The notes under the pieces are model-generated. The model had not been told where the DNA came from. It searched no databases and saw only the letters and a list, made by a program, of their open reading frames with translations. A program made the position numbers and the translations under genes. From Candidatus Saccharimonadota bacterium (GTDB lineage Bacteria > Patescibacteriota > Saccharimonadia > Saccharimonadales > SZUA-47), in assembly GCA_035329185.1 (NCBI GenBank), contig DAOLHH010000002.1:1-47882 (forward strand): a stretch of DNA of 47,882 nt, read 5' to 3'. Of this stretch, positions 44,498 through 47,882 are shown one piece after another. Each line of letters begins with the position of its first letter. The stretch's first letter is position 1.

Positions 44498-44619
44498 AGA
44501 ATCGCTAGATTGCCTTGGCCTCTAAACTAAAGCAGCTAGCGATTTTTGTTTGCTGGGATTTGTGTCTGTGCTTGCGCCACTGTATTCCCTCACAGCCGGC
44601 TCTCAAGGAGTTACTACTG

Positions 44620-44648
44620 ATTATAAAGATTCAGATCAGTTCTGTCAA
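44620..44648 (-). promoter_or_regulatory. Consensus sigma70 promoter TTGACA-17 nt-TATAAT for the three-gene operon
   Basis: Plus strand shows tgtcaa at 44643-44648 and attata at 44620-44625, exactly 17 nt apart. Confidence 0.7.
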
Positions 44649-44740
44649 GATAATAATACACTAAAATTAAGCATAAGAGAAATAACTGTCATAAATGTTA
44701 AAAAATCTTTACATAAGTTATAAAAAATCAATAAAAACTA

Positions 44741-44769
44741 TTGACAGTTGCATAAAAAATTTATACACT
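44741..44769 (+). promoter_or_regulatory. Promoter TTGACA(44741-44746)-17 nt-TACACT(44764-44769) for the XRE-Panacea gene
   Basis: Read directly. AAAGGAG RBS at 44804-44810. Confidence 0.6.
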
Positions 44770-44814
44770 TGGATTATCAAATGAGTCTGGTGGAATTACA
44801 ACGAAAGGAGTCTT

Positions 44815-45507
44815 ATGATATCTGTTGCAGATAACATTCGTGAGCTACGGGAGGGAAAGGGCTTAAGCCAATCTGAGGTAGCTCAGATAATAAATCTAAG
44901 CAGGCCTACCTATAATGCTATTGAGACTGGTCGCCGTGAACCAACCATCAAAGAATTGAATGCGATTGCTGGCATCTTAGGAACAACTCTAGAGTCAATA
45001 CTATTTAATTCCCAGCAAACTGGCATTACTAACTCCAGATTAAATAAGTTCAAGCAGTTAATACTAAATTGCTTACAGTATGGTTCTGACCAGCATGATC
45101 AGCGAATTACTAAAACCAAATTAGCAAAGCTTGTTTATTTAGCTGACTTTGCACAGTTTCAACGTACAGGAGAGCCCATGACGGGGCTTAGTTATAGGGC
45201 TATTCAGCAAGGACCTGTTCCGGACGCATATTTCAGGATTATCGATGAGTTGTTTGAAAATGGATCAATCACTATTGAACAGCGTGGTACAGCGATGATG
45301 ATTCGTGCGAATGAATCTGCTCCTACTTCATCACTTTCGACAGGTGAACTCGATTTGATTAAAGAGGTTTGCGCAAAGTGGCAAGGTAAGTCAACTCAAG
45401 AAATTGTTGACTATACACATAATCAAGCTCCTTGGAAGGCTACAGAGGCAGGGGCTGTAATACCTTACGAGCTAATAACTCTTGAAAGTCCTGACAATAT
45501 CTTCTGA
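44815..45507 (+). CDS. XRE-family HTH fused to a DUF4065/Panacea (SocA/GepA-like) antitoxin-type domain
   Basis: HTH: IRELREGKGLSQSEVAQIINLSRPTYNAIETGRREPTIKEL. Panacea-like core: ITKTKLAKLVYLADFAQFQRTGEPMTGLSYRAIQQGPVPDAYF. Confidence 0.8.
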   Translation: MISVADNIRELREGKGLSQSEVAQIINLSRPTYNAIETGRREPTIKELNAIAGILGTTLESILFNSQQTGITNSRLNKFKQLILNCLQYGSDQHDQRITKTKLAKLVYLADFAQFQRTGEPMTGLSYRAIQQGPVPDAYFRIIDELFENGSITIEQRGTAMMIRANESAPTSSLSTGELDLIKEVCAKWQGKSTQEIVDYTHNQAPWKATEAGAVIPYELITLESPDNIF

Positions 45508-45707
45508 ACTGGTATTCTCCTTACTGTAAAATAGTTTAATATTTGACTAATCATTGTCTTAATACATTTAGTAAAGTTGGTTGGCTACAGCCTGCTATTC
45601 AGGAAGTCCATAGTTGCAAAGGCTGATATGCTAACACTTGCGACGGTCGTGCAAGGGAAAAGAGGTCGGACCTACGTAAGTATTACTTTGTGTCAGATAA
45701 TGATGTT

Positions 45708-45764
45708 GGCAGAACTCGACTATGAATGCTCACTCGGCAACGTGCTTTTCAAGCACGCTCGCTC
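45708..45764. repeat. Repeat element X, copy 1 (copy 2 at 46523-46581)
   Basis: Shared blocks ACTCGACTAT, ATGCTCACTCGGCAACGTGC and GCACGCTCG. The internal hairpin is GTGCTT-ttc-AAGCAC here and GTGCC-tag-GGCAC in copy 2. Confidence 0.7.
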
Positions 45765-45828
45765 AGCCCAAGGGGTATCGAATGATACCCAAGCAATGAT
45801 TCCTCAACATGCCACTGGCATGCCTCAG

Positions 45829-46410
45829 TTATCGAGAAAATAGTTCTTTTATCATCTCATAATCAGGACGCGCTACTTCACGCTCATCGTCAAAAGAAAT
45901 CTTATTATTCAGGTCTCTTTCGATTTTTTTTAAAACCCAATTTTTTAGCTCTTCCAAGCTTATAGTCTTGCCAAATGACCATGCCGCATAAATATAAAAA
46001 TCAGTCTGTAAATGTGCTAGCGAATCTGCTGTCGCAAGTATTAAACCTTCCTTGCTTTTAGGACGCTCGTCGCCATGACAACTGTGGTAGCGAATGGCAT
46101 CATCCACAACTAAGGCAATTTCTCCGTCAGTATAGCCAACCTCTAGCATCAGTTCCTTCGCAATAGCAAGACTCCTTTCTTCATGACCAGCGATTGCGCG
46201 CGCCATCTCGATATCCGCTATATCGTGCAATAAAGCTGCAATTTCACAAAGCTCTTCACTAGCACCGTACTTTTCAGCTAACTCATGAGCGCTCTTGGCT
46301 ACCAAAAGCACATGATTCTTGTATAACCAGTCGCTCCACTCGTCACGGTGAGGATTATTGCTTTGGTATAGTTCCTGAACTTTAGTGCGCACTAGCTCCA
46401 ATTTATTCAT
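45829..46410 (-). CDS. HD-domain metal-dependent phosphohydrolase
   Basis: H..(30)..LLHDIADIE...RYH..HG...D. ATG 46410 lies 6 nt after the extended -10 TGGTATGAT; the track's TTG start is 46449. Confidence 0.7.
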   Translation of the reverse strand: MNKLELVRTKVQELYQSNNPHRDEWSDWLYKNHVLLVAKSAHELAEKYGASEELCEIAALLHDIADIEMARAIAGHEERSLAIAKELMLEVGYTDGEIALVVDDAIRYHSCHGDERPKSKEGLILATADSLAHLQTDFYIYAAWSFGKTISLEELKNWVLKKIERDLNNKISFDDEREVARPDYEMIKELFSR

Positions 46411-46522
46411 GGCATAATCATACCACTTGTGTACTGGGTAAAATCCCAAGACACAAAAAATAGTTCCATTTCTGGAAGCATTTCTGATCTGGCAATCTGA
46501 ATTGATTGCGGGTCCGCCAGCT

Positions 46523-46581
46523 GGCGGAAGGACTCGACTATCTGATGCTCACTCGGCAACGTGCCTAGGGCACGCTCGTTC
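46523..46581. repeat. Repeat element X, copy 2, preceded by the 16-nt perfect palindrome TCCGCCAGCTGGCGGA (46513-46528)
   Basis: See copy 1; aligned by eye. Confidence 0.7.
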
Positions 46582-46585
46582 GGGT

Positions 46586-46659
46586 AGCGGGGGCACTCCA
46601 ACGCACGATGTTAGACTAGCTGGGAGCTATTCCAACATCTAACTAAATTCTGTACAAAT
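46586..46659. repeat. Repeat element Y, copy 1 (74 nt)
   Basis: Identical to 47654-47727 except one base (T at 46611, G at 47679). Weaker similarity continues for about 40 nt (ATTTGAC.AATT.CGAACC...GGCTCG.AGTC). Confidence 0.9.
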
Positions 46660-46768
46660 CAGTTGATTTGACTAATTTCGAACCTTTTTGGCTCGAGTCA
46701 TGACTTCTTGGTTGCTAAGGTAGTTTTAGAACAAACTATTAGCTGTGTTGAGCGGGTGGAAACTTGAA

Positions 46769-47443
46769 TTAATTTAGTTTCACTGACTTGGAGATAATTT
46801 CACTAAAGTTCTCAATAGCTTTTCTGTCGTATGTTGATTGCTTAGAACATTCGTTACCACTACAAACGTCTGGAAGTACTACTTTAACCATATTTACACC
46901 AGACACGAAGAGCAAAGTAGTAGCAGAAAACGGACCATCTCCAACGGTATAGTCGTAAACAACTACACCTGAGTCACTAGTCCTGCTGAATAAATCAAAC
47001 TCATCACCAACTTTTGTGCCGTCAGGGAATCGTCCAAGCTTTGTGATCGTCCAATTTTCATTCAATGTACTGTACGATATTGTCGGACCAAATCCACCTC
47101 CAAATTCGTATCCATCTGCACTGTGCGTAATCGCAGGGTGCCAGTTATCATTTAAATCATCAATGTTTTTCCATTCAGTAGGATATACAAAACTGAATTC
47201 ATCACCTTGATACAGTTCATAGCCATCAGGGGTATTCGCAATCTGATCCATGGTCTGCGGATTATCATTAGCTTGCACTTTGCTGTCATGCTGTGGGGTC
47301 TCCTTTTGTTGAGTCTCGACATCTTGATTCTGCGACCACACATAATAACCTGCAAACCCAAGTACAGGGACGATCAGTGCTATTAGCAACCCCTCTACTA
47401 ACGTAAATCCTTTTTGACCGTTCATTTGGTGCTTCTTGATCAT
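46769..47443 (-). CDS. Type IV pilin-like (class III signal) protein
   Basis: MIKKHQMNGQKG/FTLVEGLLIALIV has Gly-1, Phe+1 and Glu+5. The track's 62-aa N-terminal extension has no support. ATG 47425 is also possible. Confidence 0.6.
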   Translation of the reverse strand: MIKKHQMNGQKGFTLVEGLLIALIVPVLGFAGYYVWSQNQDVETQQKETPQHDSKVQANDNPQTMDQIANTPDGYELYQGDEFSFVYPTEWKNIDDLNDNWHPAITHSADGYEFGGGFGPTISYSTLNENWTITKLGRFPDGTKVGDEFDLFSRTSDSGVVVYDYTVGDGPFSATTLLFVSGVNMVKVVLPDVCSGNECSKQSTYDRKAIENFSEIISKSVKLN

Positions 47444-47653
47444 CTTATTGTATGTTAGCACAAACAAAGTAAGTCTCGAACCTGAATTACAGAGGTAGAA
47501 ATACGTAAACCAAAAAGAGATTGGCATGAAAGTTTGATTAATATCTGTAATTCTTACTTGGTAGCGTTGGCAGGAAATATGGTAATTTGACGGGCTTTCG
47601 CGTGAGCAAGCTCCCAAGGTCCCGTACAAATTAGCGAATCTGCGACCTTTTCA

Positions 47654-47727
47654 AGCGGGGGCACTCCAACGCACGATGGTAGACTAGCTGGGAGCTATTC
47701 CAACATCTAACTAAATTCTGTACAAAT
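47654..47727. repeat. Repeat element Y, copy 2 (74 nt)
   Basis: See copy 1. Confidence 0.9.
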
Positions 47728-47792
47728 ATGAAATTTGACAGAATTCGAACCTCCCGCTGTGCGGGACGGCTCGGAGTCGTGCACCAGATGCC

Positions 47793-47819
47793 AAAATAAA
47801 AAGCCCTCATCTAGAGGGC
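47793..47819 (-). terminator. Intrinsic terminator GCCCTC/GAGGGC plus a T-run, downstream of the tRNA
   Basis: Stem 47803-47808/47814-47819. On the minus strand it is followed by TTTTTATTTT. Confidence 0.7.
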
Positions 47820-47828
47820 GTCTTATTT

Positions 47829-47882
47829 TGGTAGCGGGGGCAGGACTCGAACCTGCGACCTTGTGGTTATGAGCCACACGAG
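47829..47882 (-). tRNA. tRNA with anticodon CAT, 3' part only (truncated by the window end), CCA encoded
   Basis: The reverse complement reads ..TGTGG-CTCATAA-CCACA-AGGTC-GCAGG-TTCGAGT-CCTGC-CCCCGCT-A-CCA. Confidence 0.85.

Noticed and set aside
45577-45843. 88-aa ORF downstream of the XRE-Panacea gene, considered as the missing toxin partner
   Set aside because: It has a TTG start with no RBS. A large part of it is repeat element X, which recurs at 46523-46581 outside any equivalent frame. It also runs into the HD gene's 3' end.
46407-46601. 64-aa minus-strand ORF
   Set aside because: It is built from repeat elements X and Y and the palindrome, and has no translation signals.
40100-47829. 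Calling the tRNA-adjacent block a prophage, ICE or integrative element
   Set aside because: The window holds no integrase, recombinase, or phage structural or conjugation genes. Only repeat and tRNA-fragment scars are present, so it is reported as an islet hypothesis.
1-47882. Alternative genetic code with TGA as a sense codon, as in some candidate-phyla bacteria
   Set aside because: Well-supported genes end at TGA with normal lengths and overlaps (1825-1827, 14058-14060, 44038-40, 21636-38 followed by TAA and TAG). Standard-code ORFs are long and carry their motifs intact.

Overview
A compact 47.9-kb window, roughly 40-50% GC by eye, coding on both strands. I support about 46 protein genes, one complete tRNA(CAT), and a second tRNA(CAT) cut by the window end. 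I saw no rRNA, CRISPR array, transposase, integrase or reverse transcriptase. Housekeeping genes: nadD, aspS, a murC-type ligase, dus, a DEAD-box helicase, an MscS channel, a Kef-type antiporter, a DsbA-like oxidoreductase, a MazG/NUDIX pair, and a MutY-like and an AlkD-like repair enzyme. They are interleaved with many membrane-anchored or secreted proteins that have PT-rich linkers or prepilin-like leaders. There are no biosynthetic operons. This fits a reduced, monoderm-type genome such as a Patescibacteria/Saccharibacteria-like epibiont, but that is inference only. Main leads: (1) 42.7-45.5 kb holds an XRE-HTH/Panacea(DUF4065) gene facing a consensus-promoter-driven, translationally coupled three-gene operon of unknown proteins. 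Its 174-nt leader carries an SD / anti-SD / anti-anti-SD hairpin switch. This is a candidate new toxin-antitoxin or defence-type module. (2) 26.6-35.5 kb holds a MacB/FtsX-type ABC system followed by two giant paralogous surface proteins. Each has two ectodomains joined by a conserved TM hairpin and ends in a different enzyme domain (SGNH hydrolase or DUF1996-like). (3) 45.5-47.9 kb, beside a tRNA gene, is a mosaic of direct repeats and tRNA fragments bracketing single accessory genes. Other leads: a rod-shaped candidate sRNA at 8.4 kb, an untracked 58-aa zinc-ribbon ORF overlapping both neighbours, an ORF-free 327-nt region with its own promoter and terminator, and many apparently leaderless genes. 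All domain calls come from reading motifs in the translations. No database search was run.
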